A stretch of DNA of 64,000 bases from contig OW569347.1 of the NCBI GenBank assembly GCA_937625935.1, positions 496,001-560,000 of the forward strand, given 5' to 3'. The stretch is from Tetramitus jugosus. Its lineage: Eukaryota; Protista; Heterolobosea. Shown here piece by piece: positions 1 to 12,196 of the stretch; the stretch's first letter is position 1, and every line of letters starts with the position of its first letter. Under the pieces are notes generated by a model. That model worked only from the letters and a program-made list of their open reading frames with translations, did not search any database and was not told the DNA's origin. The translations under genes and the position numbers were made by a program.

Positions 1-1
1 G

Positions 2-463
2 CCGAGATCAGCTACATCTACTCGATCAGCGCTCAACCCGCAACACTCTGTTATAGAGTATGTGTCCAGAAACGAGCGAAACTTGGAGCAAAGGAATCTG
101 GTTCAGTCCTTCCTAAGAGAAGCCAGTCCAACAACATTCTACCGTTTCCCTGGTCATCATTTATCTCCGGACGAATTTCCCTCAGGTGTGGTTCCAACAC
201 CAGAGTATACTCTCCCAGGGAATACATTCATAGAGGTGACAGGTCGAGAAACAAGACTTGAAATTCCCAAGGCAGTCGTGTCAAACTTGAGCGTCGATCG
301 AAGAAGCACAGAAGCGACCAGACGAGTGAAAACGATCCGAGTTGCCACTTCTCCAGCCAACCATCAAATATCGAGTTGGATCAGCACCTCAGACTCTGCC
401 GAGCTCATGTCAGACCACTTTCTGATGAACAGGGCTGTTGACTCATCGGAATTATGGACGTGA
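2..463 (+). CDS. Possible 3' part of a hypothetical protein running in from the left edge
   Basis: Frame open from position 2 to TGA at 463; no recognisable motif. Confidence 0.35.
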   Translation, partial: PRSATSTRSALNPQHSVIEYVSRNERNLEQRNLVQSFLREASPTTFYRFPGHHLSPDEFPSGVVPTPEYTLPGNTFIEVTGRETRLEIPKAVVSNLSVDRRSTEATRRVKTIRVATSPANHQISSWISTSDSAELMSDHFLMNRAVDSSELWT

Positions 464-600
464 GACATGAATCAATCGGACGGAGAAACATGACCAGAGA
501 TCACCGTTTTATTTTTTGCTTTCACACACTGCACGGTTTCTTCTTCAAGAAACAAACAACCAACTCGCCTCACCAGCATCACAAATTTTTATTATTCACA

Positions 601-1350
601 ATGAGCTCAGAAAACAAGAGACTTTTCGTCAACAACTTGTCCTGGAGGACTAAGTGGTGGACTTTGAAAGACTACATGAAGAGTATGGAGATCAACCTTT
701 TTTGTCGACGCTTTTTTTTGTAAGTGATTCTTCTCTCCAATTGGAGAGACACTGATCGCACAGACACATTTTGGATCAGTAAAGAATCAAGTCGTATTTG
801 TCATCCACAAACACATGGATCTAACATGATTGTCTTTATAGCTATTGGACCTGTTTCATACGTCGATGTCTACTTTGACCGCAACGGTAAGTCCAAGGGA
901 TGTGGTGTCGTTGAATTCGAAACTCTTGAAGACGCAAAGAGAGCAATTGCTGAATTGAACGATACTGAATTGGACGGAAGAAAGATTTTCCTCAGAGAAG
1001 ATCAACCAGAGAACAAGACAACCAAGACTACCCCTGCTGTCTCTGCCTCCTCCTCCTCCTCCACTGGAGCTTCCACTGCCTCCACTTCCTCCCCTGCTCC
1101 AGTCAGTGGCAAGAAGGTCTATGTCGGTAACTTGAGCTTTGAAACTACCAGTGATGACTTGAAGAAGGAGTTTGCTTCTGTCGGTACCATTGTCAATGCT
1201 GAAGTTGCTAGACACGCTGACAGCCAAAGATCCAAGGGCTGGGGTATCGTCGAATTCTCATCCGATGACGAAGCACAAAAGGCAATTGCTCAATTCAACA
1301 AGAAGGTTGTCGGTGGCAGACCTTTGTCTGTCTACTTGGACAAGAAGTAA
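601..1350 (+). CDS. Two-RRM RNA/ssDNA-binding protein (Gbp2/GBP1/hnRNP-M-like); exons 601-682, 842-1350
   Basis: LFVNNL...WxxLKD, KSKGCGVVEF (RNP1), second RRM KVYVGNL/SKGWGIVEF; GT-AG intron 683-841 with CTAAC branch point restores the frame. Confidence 0.9.
725..789 (+). other. Predicted three-way-junction RNA structure in intron
   Basis: TGATTCT 725-731 / AGAATCA 783-789; perfect 18-nt palindrome TCTCTCCAATTGGAGAGA 732-749; ACTGATC 751-757 / GATCAGT 774-780. Confidence 0.6.
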
Positions 1351-1461
1351 ATGTTTATATCATGAAAAAGAACAATAAATATTTGTTGAACATGTTTTAT
1401 TCATGTTTGGTATCTACATTGTTACAAATCTGAGAAAGGTGTAAAATGAACAATCATTCAT

Positions 1462-2923
1462 TTACTCGCCCAATTCAGCTTGCTCTTGTCTTGCCTTGGC
1501 TCTCTTCTCAATTTCTTCCAAGTTGAAGGTTTCACCAGTGAATCTCTCATATAGGGAGATGACGTCCTTGCAGCAACTTTCAAAGTGAGCAGTTGGGTCA
1601 TAGGATTGGGAGATGAAGACACCATCAGCCTTTCCGTCAGCCAATGGCTCATTAGAGTCCAAAATGTAGACAAACTTCTCCATGATTGGTCCCAAGATGT
1701 CCATGGCAGGCTTAATTTCAGCTTCTGGGTTGTTGGTCTCAACTTCAGTGGAGACAATAGCAACATACATGCCTTGAGGTGCAACTTCGTGCTTGTTGGA
1801 GGTACAGTTAATATAAATATCGTGTTGTCTGTTGACTTGCTTCTGTGGAAGAATGATTTGAGCAGATTGAACATCGTTGGTTCCTGGAATTGGATGATTC
1901 ATCAAGCAAATGACACGAATCACCTTTCCAGTCTTCTTGACCTTCTCTGGGAAGTAAGATGGATCACCAATGATAAACTTGGTCTTGGCCAACTCACCTT
2001 CTGACTCAACACCAGACACCTGTCCATTCTCATCATAGATAATCTTGTCAACAGGCTTGTTGAGCATATATGTACCACCATAGACGGCACAGAGTCTTGC
2101 AAACACTTGAGGCAACTCACCAAGACCATACAGAGGGTACAAGTATGGAGAACCACCAAACATGGCCAATGATTCAGCATACAGCTTCAACTTTTCAACA
2201 GTCTCCAATGCAGGTCTGTTCAAATAGTCATCACTGGTCCACAAAGCAACAGAGTGACCCAAAAAGTCAATAGTGTTCTGATCAACACCAAACTTCTTGT
2301 ACACATCGCTCATTGGAGCACGAGCGAGGTCCAATCCTTGATGGGTCTGTGGGTTGGATTGTTCATATCCGTGAACATAGGTCAAGAGCTTCTTTGCTCT
2401 GCCCTTCTCAAAGAATCCCAACAATGGAGAGGTGGCAACTTCCATAGCAGTGCAAGGAACCTTGTAAATCTTCTTGTTGCTGCTCAACACAAAGGAACTA
2501 TCAATCAATCTGAATTGCATGCTGTAGCGAGTGACACCAGTAGCAATCAAAATCTTTTTCAATTGACCTGTCGTTGTCATTATTATGAGGAGAGAGAGAG
2601 AGCAGTCAGTATACACTTGTTGGTCAAAAAAAAAAGAGTGAGAGAGACTGAAAAAAAGAGGAAAACATACCGTTGGCCATCAAGTACTTTGGAATCAAAT
2701 CAATATTGTAGTCTCTTGATCTGCCCAAGTTTGCAGGTGGCTTGGCATCAGGACCTCTGAACTTTTGGTACATTTGTTCAAGGTTCAATGATGCAGACTC
2801 ACCACCATAGTATGGGTTTCTGTCCAAGTGAAGAACCTTCTTGCCAGAGATACTCAAGAGGCCAGAAAGGATACATTCGGTCAAACCAGTGCCTAGAACT
2901 ACAACGTCATATGTGTCATTCAT
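1462..2923 (-). CDS. GDI1: Rab GDP-dissociation inhibitor; exons 2923-2671, 2567-1462
   Basis: [54 protein letters not shown]; intron 2568-2670 GT-AG joins MANG/QL. Confidence 0.97.
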
Positions 2924-3614
2924 TTTTGTTTGTTGGGTAAAGTGTGAAGCTTTGTGTGTTTTGTTGTTGGTTTTTTTTTGTTTACAAGGGTGTTTTGCTT
3001 TGCTTCTTCCAACAGGAGGCTGTTTTTTTGATGATTTTTTCGCGATGAGGAGATCGAGGCAGAGAATCAGCACCCATCCTTGTTCGTCGGAGAAAGAACG
3101 AGGATTGTTGTAAACGAGCTTTTTTCGGATCATCGATACACCGCTGTCTCGTCATGAACTATTGTAAAGAACACGGAAGTTTACAGTAACACGTTACACT
3201 TTGTTGAACAGAGGCAGTGAGTAAATTCAAAGATGCAGTTGAGAACACTCCAAAATCATTATTCTATTGTCTTATTCACCTAAAGAACCAATACTTGACA
3301 TGCTGACCGAAGGACTGACATCTACGGCCCCAAAAATGTCAAGTCAGCTTTCAAAAATTTGACAGAAGATAGGTTTGTCGTGAAAATTGAGCAACGAAGC
3401 ACAAAACAACGACGGACACAACAATTTCTGTTCACCAGAGCCATATTCCCAAAAACAACATTCTCAGAGCTTGTTAATTTGTGTGTTTGTTCCAACGCCA
3501 AGCCAATTAACAACCACCGTCTCTGTGTTGCATTACATCACTTCAGTCATAAACAAACAACATATTTTGTCAACTTTACAACACTGCAAAACAACGACAA
3601 GATAATATCATACC

Positions 3615-6600
3615 ATGGACGATCGAGAGAAAATTTTTAATGAAATTGTGGAAACAGAGAGAAAGTACTTAGCGAGTTTGGATCTGTTGAACAAGGTATG
3701 TCATCGTCATCATCATCATCATCAAACAAGAGGAATCACTCTCAGAAAAGAAGCTTTGTGTGTGTTCAAAACAAACGAGACCATACTAATGCCATTTTAT
3801 TGTGCACATCATATGATTTGATATATGATGATTTGTTGTTTATTGTGTTGTTTTAGTTATACTTGAAACCAATTGAGAAGAACAAGCACATGAAGCTTTC
3901 TCCAGAATTGAAGAACATCATGTCGACATTGACCATCATTTTGAACATTAATCAAACATTGTTGAAGAAGATGGAGAGCTCAAACAAGGATGCTATTGGT
4001 GCAGGTATGAATGTGAATTGTTGTTGTTTTTGTCCAAGTCTTCCACTTTTGCTCATTGCTCACACACACTCCATTTTCTGTTTGTTGCCCCTGAACTCCA
4101 AAAAAATCATTGCTTCTATTGTTCTTCTCCTCTCAAAAACAGCGTTCAAAAACGTGATTCCATTCTTGAAGGCTTACACATCGTATTTCAACTCGTATGA
4201 AAATGCTTCCAACGACATCCGTAACGCCAAGAAGGAGAACAAAAAGTTTGCCGAGTGGCTAGAAAAGACAGAGAAGGCAGCAAAGAAGAATGGTCAACTC
4301 GCAATGAATTCCTACTTGATTCAACCTGTACAACGTGTATGTATTGATCTCTCTCTCTCGCTCTCCATTGACAAGTAATGATACTAACAAACATAACAAA
4401 ACACGTCACATTCACACGTACACAGATTCCAAGATATAACCTACTATTGAACGAACTGATTAAGAAGACGGACAAGACACATGAGGACTACAACAATTTG
4501 AGCGTCTGCTTGGCAGAGACGAAAAAGGTGGCCGCTCATTTGGACTGTGCAATCGAAGAGATGGACAATAGAGCCAAGATGGCACTCATACAGCGGAATC
4601 TCATGTCCAACGATGGTAAATTCTCAAAGGTGAGCATTGTGCAACCACACAGAAAGTTTGTCTCCGAGTTGGAAGTGTTCCTGTTGCCTAGTCAGATGGG
4701 ATTGACCCAACAGGACCCGATCACCTTTATGAATTATACGGCAGATAAGAATGAACAAGCGATTCGATACCTCTTCTTGTTCAGTGACATTTTGCTCGTG
4801 TGCAAAAAGTCAACAAAGGAGGAACAAATGACATTCAATAGCTTGAAACAGCACAGGGACATGAACGATAGAGCCAGTGTGAGAAAGAGTCAAATGTTGT
4901 TCAGAATGAGCATGGGTCAACAGACTGGTGATGCACTCGATAGTGAATTTGCACAAGATGGTGGTTCTTCGGCCAGTCCTCTGTACGTTGTCATGGATCA
5001 AATACAGTTGACGAGCGTTCCGATTGTGGCTGCTCATTCGTGCACCGAATTTGATTCCTTTTACGAGTTCAGTAAGCGCTTCCCTAATATGACTCAGATT
5101 GCTACCAAGGCACAGACGTTGACCTTCTTTTCAAATGATGAGACAAAAGCGGCCAAATGGGTCTCAAAGTTCAGCTCCTCCATTGCCAGTTTAGTCAAGA
5201 ATACGAACTATAATATGGTTGATCAACCATTCTGCAAGCGCAAGGGATATCCTGATGAAGTGATTGATTATTGCGTCTCCACAATTCAGAGATGTGTTGT
5301 TGCCTCATTGGAGAGAGACAACATCAAGAAGGGAATGTATATATTGCCTAGAAGTGTTACTGAGCCTGTGGTGAACAATGTATTGGCCATGTCAGATGAA
5401 GTCATCTTGTCTGTCTATAACCAAGAAACCGAACAGTGGGATTTGTTGGTCGAAGGCAGTGTAATTTTAGAGAAGAATCCATCTCAAGCAGGTTCATTCA
5501 AATTCAGATTTTCTGACTATGTGGACAGCAAGAGGGATTGCGAGTTTGTCATGACATCAGATCGTCACATTAGAGTCGATGAAGTGCAAATATTCCATTT
5601 CTGGGAGACAGACACAAGTGACTATGCTCTCCAGCTCCCTAACTTGCAAATTTCAAGAAAGCTCGAGCAATTGTACGACATGGAAATTATCATGTCAATC
5701 AACAATGCTATCCAAACTACAGCGCTCATTGACGAGAAGAATGCAATCGAAGTAGCATCTATCGAAAAGGTTGTAGTGTTGCAGAAGGATGATACCGATA
5801 ATGAATGGAAGTTCAATTCATGCGGCAACATTTTTATCTTCAAGTATGAAGCCGAGCCAGAGGTGTTGAAGTTTTATTTCTTTGATTTGAGTACTGGTGA
5901 AAATAGAAACACTCTACTCAAGGATGGCAAATTACCTTACGTGGATCCAGTTAATTTCTTGCACACATGGTTCGAGGATCAATCATTGTATGATGACGGT
6001 ACTGCTATTGCTCTTCAATTCCCTGACGGTGAGACATCCGTAAAGCTTGAGAGCTTGTATGATACCATTCGTGTGAATCAACCAAAGAGTAACGAAGATG
6101 TTGAAACTGACGATCAAGAATGGAATGTATCTTATACACCACACGATATTGTGAAGGATGAAGCATGGTACAACAAGAAGGAAGACGAAGAGCAGAGCAC
6201 CATGCAACGGTTACTCCAACAACAAGAGAGAATTAAGAATATGCAAAAGATGCTAGAGGGAGACAGCACGGAGGAACCTCAGGATGGTTCTCCAGTGAGC
6301 GAAGATGTCGAGAAACCTGTTGAGACTGACCAGCCAATGGATAATGGAGAAACAACTCCAGAGCCAGCTGTTAAACAGAGTACTGACACCACCGATGTCG
6401 TCGACAATTCGTCAGAAGAGGAGCCAGAAAAGCAACCTGTTGAGCCAGAAATTGAGTCATCTCCAAACAATGAACCTGTGGAACAACAGCCTACTAAGAT
6501 TGAACAAACTCAGGACGAGCCAGAGAAGCCTGAGGAACATCATATCCCAGAGCCTGAAACGAGTGTAGCAGAACCAGTGTCCGAGCCTCAACCTGAACCT

Positions 6601-7035
6601 GAGCCTGAGGTAACTCAACCTGAAACTAAGCCTGAACCTGAACCTCAATCTCAATCTGAGCCTGAGCCAGAGCCAGAGGTCAAACGGACAGCCACTGAGA
6701 AACCACCTGTGGAGTCCAGCACCACAGAGCCAGAAACATTAATTATGGATGATACTATACCTGAATGGAAGAGAAGAATTCTTCAAAAGAAGAAGAGTAC
6801 AGAAGAAAGTACGAGTACCACTCCCAATGCAACTGACTCGAAGGGTTCTGAAGATTTGGAGACATCAGGATACTATCCTTGGCAGATTGAAATTATGAGA
6901 AGAAAGAGAGCTCTAGCAGCAAAGGTGCTAACAGATGTTCAACAACCAACACAGCAGAACTCTACCGAAGAAACAAACGCAACACACAAGAGGAGTTTCC
7001 GTGATTTGAGAGCAAGGTTCGAAGCAAGCAATTAA
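3615..7035 (+). CDS. RhoGEF (DH-PH) with two WH1/EVH1-like repeats and acidic Pro-rich tail; introns 3696-3856, 4005-4142, 4337-4425
   Basis: EIVETERKY and SYLIQPVQR/IPRYNLLL DH signatures after splicing; YLFLFSDILLVCK PH strand. Confidence 0.9.
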
Positions 7036-7179
7036 AGCAAATGCGTTGTAAAATTATTTGTGACTATTATCGTAACATTTTGTTCTATCTTTGTTCGCGA
7101 ATACAGTCAACACCAGAATGGTTGACTTGAAAAACAGATTGAACAGTTCGGGAAACAATAGAATACACACATCAACAAT

Positions 7180-7575
7180 ATGAGACGAGTAGTTAATCGG
7201 ATCCACCACTTCAGTGACACAATCTCATTCAGCAAGAGATGTTATGCCAAGGGGGGTCAGAACCTCATGAGAGAAGCAGAAAATCCAATGATGGATCAAA
7301 GAGATGAGAAGCACGTCGTGTCGTCTAAGAGAGTCGAATCTCGACACCCGGGCATACATCCACTGAACAGACTGAACATCAAAGAACCCATTGAAGAAGT
7401 AGTCGAGGAGAGTTTTGAGGCAGAGTTCAAATACGACATCAAGAAAGAGTTTTCGTGCGATGCCAAAGATTTGGAGGGAAAAGGAAAGAATCAGAACGCA
7501 AACATGGGCAGAATGAAGAAGGAGAGAGGAAGCAGCAATGAACCCTTCTTGGATGTTGAAGCACCAGGTGGTTGA
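7180..7575 (+). CDS. Small hypothetical protein, possible mitochondrial presequence
   Basis: 131-aa ATG ORF after A/C-rich leader; basic N-terminus ending KRCY/A. Confidence 0.6.
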   Translation: MRRVVNRIHHFSDTISFSKRCYAKGGQNLMREAENPMMDQRDEKHVVSSKRVESRHPGIHPLNRLNIKEPIEEVVEESFEAEFKYDIKKEFSCDAKDLEGKGKNQNANMGRMKKERGSSNEPFLDVEAPGG

Positions 7576-7634
7576 GCAGAACTTACTTTAAAAATATAGG
7601 CATGCCTATTTGTAAATTGAAACGATTACAACAC

Positions 7635-8759
7635 TCATTTTTTCTTGTTGAAGGACAATGACCAGACACATAATCGTTCATCCTGGGATCCACTGATTAA
7701 AATGTTTTGTTCGTGATTCGTGTCGAGGCATGTTACTGCGGCCGTATGATTTTTGAAGATGGCCAATGGTTTCAAGGTAGGCACCACTCGCTCCGAGTTC
7801 TTTTTCAATTCAAAGATACGTACTCGGTGATCCCACCCACCTGTGCACAATAGCCTTCCCTTATTGACAATAATCATGTCGTTGATTCCTTCTGTTTGGA
7901 GTTGATGTTCACTGGTCGAGTCCTTGTGACCAACTGATTGAAAATACAGCTTGTTCCCTGTTGTAGCAATACCGATTGTATCCAAGTTTGGATCGTGCCT
8001 CACAGAGAAATTTTTGATGCTCATGATTGGTTCATGCATCAATGTTTCTCGAATGCACGACACTGGTTGACCATGGCTCAACCGAACATCCCATTCGAGT
8101 ATTTGGCCATTCTCAAAAGCAGCAAACAAGGAGTACTCCCTCGTTTTATGGAATTCCATTGCCATGAGCATGCCTAACTTTGTGTGCCCCATCTCATCAT
8201 CTATCGGTACAAGAGATTCACTATTTTCCCATTTCAATACCTGTACACGACTCAAATCCTTACCAGAGTACAATTCAATCGAGCCAGAAGATGGTAGAGC
8301 AATAAGATTACTCACTGGATTGAATTTCATCTTGCAGAACGATGTCTGTATCAGCTCTTCACCATATCTCACTGCTCCCACAGTTTGATTCCTGTTCACA
8401 TCAATCTTGCGCAACAAACAACATCGGCTCTGACTCAACAGCCATTGATCATCGTTCGGTGGTGCAGCCCAACAGAGCTGCAGAACCATAAAGTGTTTAT
8501 TCTTGTGAGCAAGTTTCAATGCACTTGCAGATACACTGTTTCCCTCATCATCATCATTACTATTCCCCACCATTTCAAGTCGACTCTGACTTCTGCGAGT
8601 GGCAAGGGCATTGCGCCAAATGTGGATGACACCGTTCTGATCACCAGAGGCAAAGAGATCTTGAGATGGGTGATGACTCAGGGAGGTAATACCTGCCGAG
8701 TGACCACGAAGAATGCCCAGTAAGGAGCTATCGATGGCAGTGCTCGTTGATGAGTGCAT
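7635..8759 (-). CDS. GNB1L: WD40 protein, GNB1L/Asa1-like
   Basis: LRGHSAGITSL, TGGWDHRVRIF, LAIFKNH...SGSQDERLCVW; first ATG at 8759. Confidence 0.75.
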   Translation of the reverse strand: MHSSTSTAIDSSLLGILRGHSAGITSLSHHPSQDLFASGDQNGVIHIWRNALATRRSQSRLEMVGNSNDDDEGNSVSASALKLAHKNKHFMVLQLCWAAPPNDDQWLLSQSRCCLLRKIDVNRNQTVGAVRYGEELIQTSFCKMKFNPVSNLIALPSSGSIELYSGKDLSRVQVLKWENSESLVPIDDEMGHTKLGMLMAMEFHKTREYSLFAAFENGQILEWDVRLSHGQPVSCIRETLMHEPIMSIKNFSVRHDPNLDTIGIATTGNKLYFQSVGHKDSTSEHQLQTEGINDMIIVNKGRLLCTGGWDHRVRIFELKKNSERVVPTLKPLAIFKNHTAAVTCLDTNHEQNILISGSQDERLCVWSLSFNKKK

Positions 8760-8842
8760 TTTTGTTGTTCGTTTTTTCAATAGTTTTGATCAAAATTCCA
8801 GTCTGGAGGCGAAGTTGTGAAGGAAATGGGCGAATCAATGTT

Positions 8843-11044
8843 TTAAAGTTGATTGTCCAGCATGTATTGGATGGCCGTTACCCATTTAGAAACAGATTCT
8901 TCTGATTCACATGTGAATAGGATGATTTGTTTGGCTGATTTCTTGTCAGTTTCGATCGAGAAGGAGTTTGCTCGATGTTTGGCATCAACTGATCCCTTTC
9001 TGATACCTGTGATAGTTGAAGACTTAAACTTATTGAGTTTCTTCGGGTTGTTTGCCCAATTAATCTGCTTACTTGTCGGATTAATCCAGACAAACTTTCG
9101 ACTCGACCTACCCAACCCTCCTTTGGTCCACTTTTTCATTGATGTTCCACTCAGCACCATGTCTTTCAAAGAGGCAAGGAGGACAGGATCAACTATTAGT
9201 TCACTGACACCTGTTCGTTGAGAATCAGAATCGACAGGAGAGGTAGTTGGTGTTGCTCTGGAGGTTGTCTGTGCTATTACTGGTGGAGTTGAGAGAGGTT
9301 GATTCGTTTCTGGCTCCACATACTGAACATTGTCGTCACCCTTAGAGTCATTCACTGTTAGGTATTCAATACATGCAGGGTTTGAACTTATGGGAACTGA
9401 GGTGTGAAGTTCTATATCCTCTATCTCAAGTTTCTCCTGGGTTGTGTTCTCAGAAGAAACATTTCGATACCATTCTTTCTCTGCGTGTCGCGACTCTTCA
9501 CTTTCCTCTAGAATTTGGTCTCTCTCTTCTTTGAGAGTCCTCATTAACTCATCCACATGGTCTTCAGAGCAGTTCATCTCTAGTTCATCGTTTCTGTCTA
9601 TCTCTCGGTCAACTTCATCTAGCTCGTCAATATCAGATAGAGTAAAATCCCCTAAATCCCACCCATAGCCGTCGACAGGAGTGTCAGTAAGTGGTTTTGG
9701 GGTTTTAGGACTAGAGTCCACACATGGATGATCATATCGCTGGACTTTGGAATCCAATCGCAACGAGGAGATATCTATTTCTTCCTGTTCCCATGCGTGA
9801 TTCACAGTTCCTGAAGACTGAGACAGTGTACTTATCGAGTCTTCGGAGTTTGATCTTTCAATCGTTGACAGACACTCTTTGCCCAAGTATTCATTCAGCA
9901 AGGCTTCTGAATCGATCTGTTCAAACTTGAATTCATCTGTTGTCAAACGAGAGAGTTCCTTGTTAGCGAAGGAAGTGTCCCTTTCTACGGCTGTATTAAT
10001 CTTATTAGAGTCTACGGAACGCTTCAATGAGTCTGAGTTGAAGATCTTCGACCTTGATCTTGATTCAAACGTTGGGGAGGTAACCCTTTGTTTCCGTCTT
10101 TCTATCAAGGGTACTTTCTTCTGTGTTACTACATCTGCGTATTTGGCCTGGACTTGGTGACTTTTCTTTTTACTTTTCTCGCGGGCTTGTTTCTGTTTCT
10201 CTGCTAGCAGTTTCAGTCTTTCTCTCACATCTTGTTTTCTCTGTTCTAGCTGTTCTCTTTTGTTCCTTTCCATATTCAATCTTTCTTTCAATTCTTGAAG
10301 GGCTAACTTTGATCGAAGATGATCATCTCTGATGGCTCTAGGCTGGCATCTTTTCTGGGGAGAGGTTTGTTTAACGACGGGGCTCTTTGACTCCTTGAAA
10401 AAGGGTCTACTCACTCTGTGTATCATTGTTATTGGATTCTTTTTGAGTTTCTCCTTTGAAGCTGAACCTGGCTTAGCAGGAGAAGTTAACAGGGGAAGTT
10501 CAGGAGAAGGGAATGTATAATCGGGAGTTCTGAATTTGGAACTCTGAAATCGATGAATGAGAACAGGGGGATCAGAGGATTCATTGTCATCTATCTCTCC
10601 CCTGATTGTTGAAGAGTCTGATTCTCCTGAAGGTTCCGATTTACCATCGTTATTGCATTTCAAAGGATGATTTTGGTCATTTATCTCCTTTGTTTCGGAG
10701 AGAGTACTTGTTGAAGTATCAAGGGAGATTTGGATCTTTGTTGTTAGTTCAGGAGTTCGTTCAGTCTCTTCTATTCTTTCACAATGATCGATCATTTCAT
10801 TGATTTCACAATCCTCTTGAAGAGGCTCTATTTGCATAAAATCCTGCTTCGATACTGATTTTCCAATAGTCTTTCGTCTGTGTACAAGATCGGATGTAAG
10901 TTCATCAATTTTACTACACTCCTCCGCATAGTTCTCTAGTTGGTCTCCTTTATAGCCGACTTCTTGACTTTGGGATGACTCAGGTACATGATTAGAGGTA
11001 TCTACAGTAATTAAATTATTGATCACAGGTACACTTGAATCCAT
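8843..11044 (-). CDS. Disordered/coiled-coil protein with C-terminal PH domain
   Basis: GTSMKKWTKGG...RKFVWI...NSFSIE...ESVSKWVTAIQ; first ATG at 11044. Confidence 0.8.
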   Translation of the reverse strand: MDSSVPVINNLITVDTSNHVPESSQSQEVGYKGDQLENYAEECSKIDELTSDLVHRRKTIGKSVSKQDFMQIEPLQEDCEINEMIDHCERIEETERTPELTTKIQISLDTSTSTLSETKEINDQNHPLKCNNDGKSEPSGESDSSTIRGEIDDNESSDPPVLIHRFQSSKFRTPDYTFPSPELPLLTSPAKPGSASKEKLKKNPITMIHRVSRPFFKESKSPVVKQTSPQKRCQPRAIRDDHLRSKLALQELKERLNMERNKREQLEQRKQDVRERLKLLAEKQKQAREKSKKKSHQVQAKYADVVTQKKVPLIERRKQRVTSPTFESRSRSKIFNSDSLKRSVDSNKINTAVERDTSFANKELSRLTTDEFKFEQIDSEALLNEYLGKECLSTIERSNSEDSISTLSQSSGTVNHAWEQEEIDISSLRLDSKVQRYDHPCVDSSPKTPKPLTDTPVDGYGWDLGDFTLSDIDELDEVDREIDRNDELEMNCSEDHVDELMRTLKEERDQILEESEESRHAEKEWYRNVSSENTTQEKLEIEDIELHTSVPISSNPACIEYLTVNDSKGDDNVQYVEPETNQPLSTPPVIAQTTSRATPTTSPVDSDSQRTGVSELIVDPVLLASLKDMVLSGTSMKKWTKGGLGRSSRKFVWINPTSKQINWANNPKKLNKFKSSTITGIRKGSVDAKHRANSFSIETDKKSAKQIILFTCESEESVSKWVTAIQYMLDNQL

Positions 11045-11207
11045 TCTATTGATTTTTCCAAGCGGAGGCAAAGATTTGTCCGAACTTGCTCACGTAAAGG
11101 TCCTATACTTTTCTTGTTGTTCCACTGCACAGAACGACAGGCCTGACACAGTCCAAAAACAACTGCATTATGGTTCTGCTATCATCTGATTTCATCAAAG
11201 GCCCAAG

Positions 11208-11650
11208 ATGTCCATTCCAGTGACTTGTCTCTCCTAACTTTTCAATGACAGGTCAATCTCTGACTTTACAATTATCCTTCCCAAGAACCAACGGGAAATT
11301 TATGCATAGGTTGATTCTGACATCTTCGAAGTAGTTACTTCCGATGTCTCTACCACAATGGCAATTGTTACTCTAATTCTCGTTTCACCTTTCATGCCGA
11401 AGATCATAATCGTTTATGGGATCCAGAAGCTGTCGGGAGAGCCTTCGGGTACATGATCCAAATGTTGTACACTGCCAATTTTTCATGCACTGAAGGTGAT
11501 AATCAAAATCTCGAACTGCTGTATCAAATGCTGTCAGTTCGCAAGTTTTTACAAATCAAGGACTTGGTCTCAGTGATCTTGAGTCGCGAAGTATCTGAAG
11601 GAAATGCATTCATGCTGCCACCCGCGGGTGAGAGGAGGTGTTTAAGTTAA
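11208..11650 (+). pseudogene. BTB/POZ-domain pseudogene
   Basis: Across frames reads LS*LFNDRSISDFTII..REIYA/HRLILTS/RSSYFRCLY..AFGYMIQMLYT..LLYQMLSVRKFLQIKDL; one nonsense codon and two frameshifts. Confidence 0.7.
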
Positions 11651-12196
11651 AGGATATTGAACCACCCCAAAACTGAAAAGAGAGAAGAAGGTTCTGTGTA
11701 TCGGATTGGATGCAAGTGGACAGTCAACACTGCTCTACTCACGACAGCAAATGGTTCAAAAGCCTACATTACTGAGGGTTCTCGAGTAGTCTCCTATCTC
11801 AATACTAACTCAGCCAGATGGTGCTTAACTTCTCTATTCGAAATGGGAAGAGGTGGTTCCACCATTGTATGAACGTAGACACACTTGAAGCAAAACTGAG
11901 TTATTTCCGCCGTTTTCGCTGCTTAAAAATTCTGTCGTGAAGGAGTGAAACATTTCTCAGCGGAATCTTTTTGGAGACTTGGATGTGAATATGTTAGTGG
12001 CAAGCAAAAGCATTTCAAACCACTTGATGCTGCTTCTCTCTCTTCCTGGCGCGCCAGCGGAGAAATTATAGAACCGATACTACGATTTAAATCGCCGGTG
12101 GACCGGAAGATGATTGGACTCAAGAGAAAACACAGTGAACTAGAGTCTATCCCATAAATCCATAAGTTTGAGCAAATCATCTCACATCTGGTGTTA

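Noticed and set aside
725-789. Hammerhead ribozyme, TPP riboswitch or C/D snoRNA identity for the intronic fold
   Set aside because: No CUGANGA/GAAA core, no TPP consensus, no convincing terminal C/D boxes
3076-3105. 10-bp hairpin ATCCTTGTTC/GAACGAGGAT in the GDI-RhoGEF divergent region
   Set aside because: Isolated stem with no family features; may be chance
11072-11865. Upstream exons of the minus-strand PH-domain gene
   Set aside because: The splice combinations I tried hit stops; the region is better explained by the plus-strand BTB pseudogene
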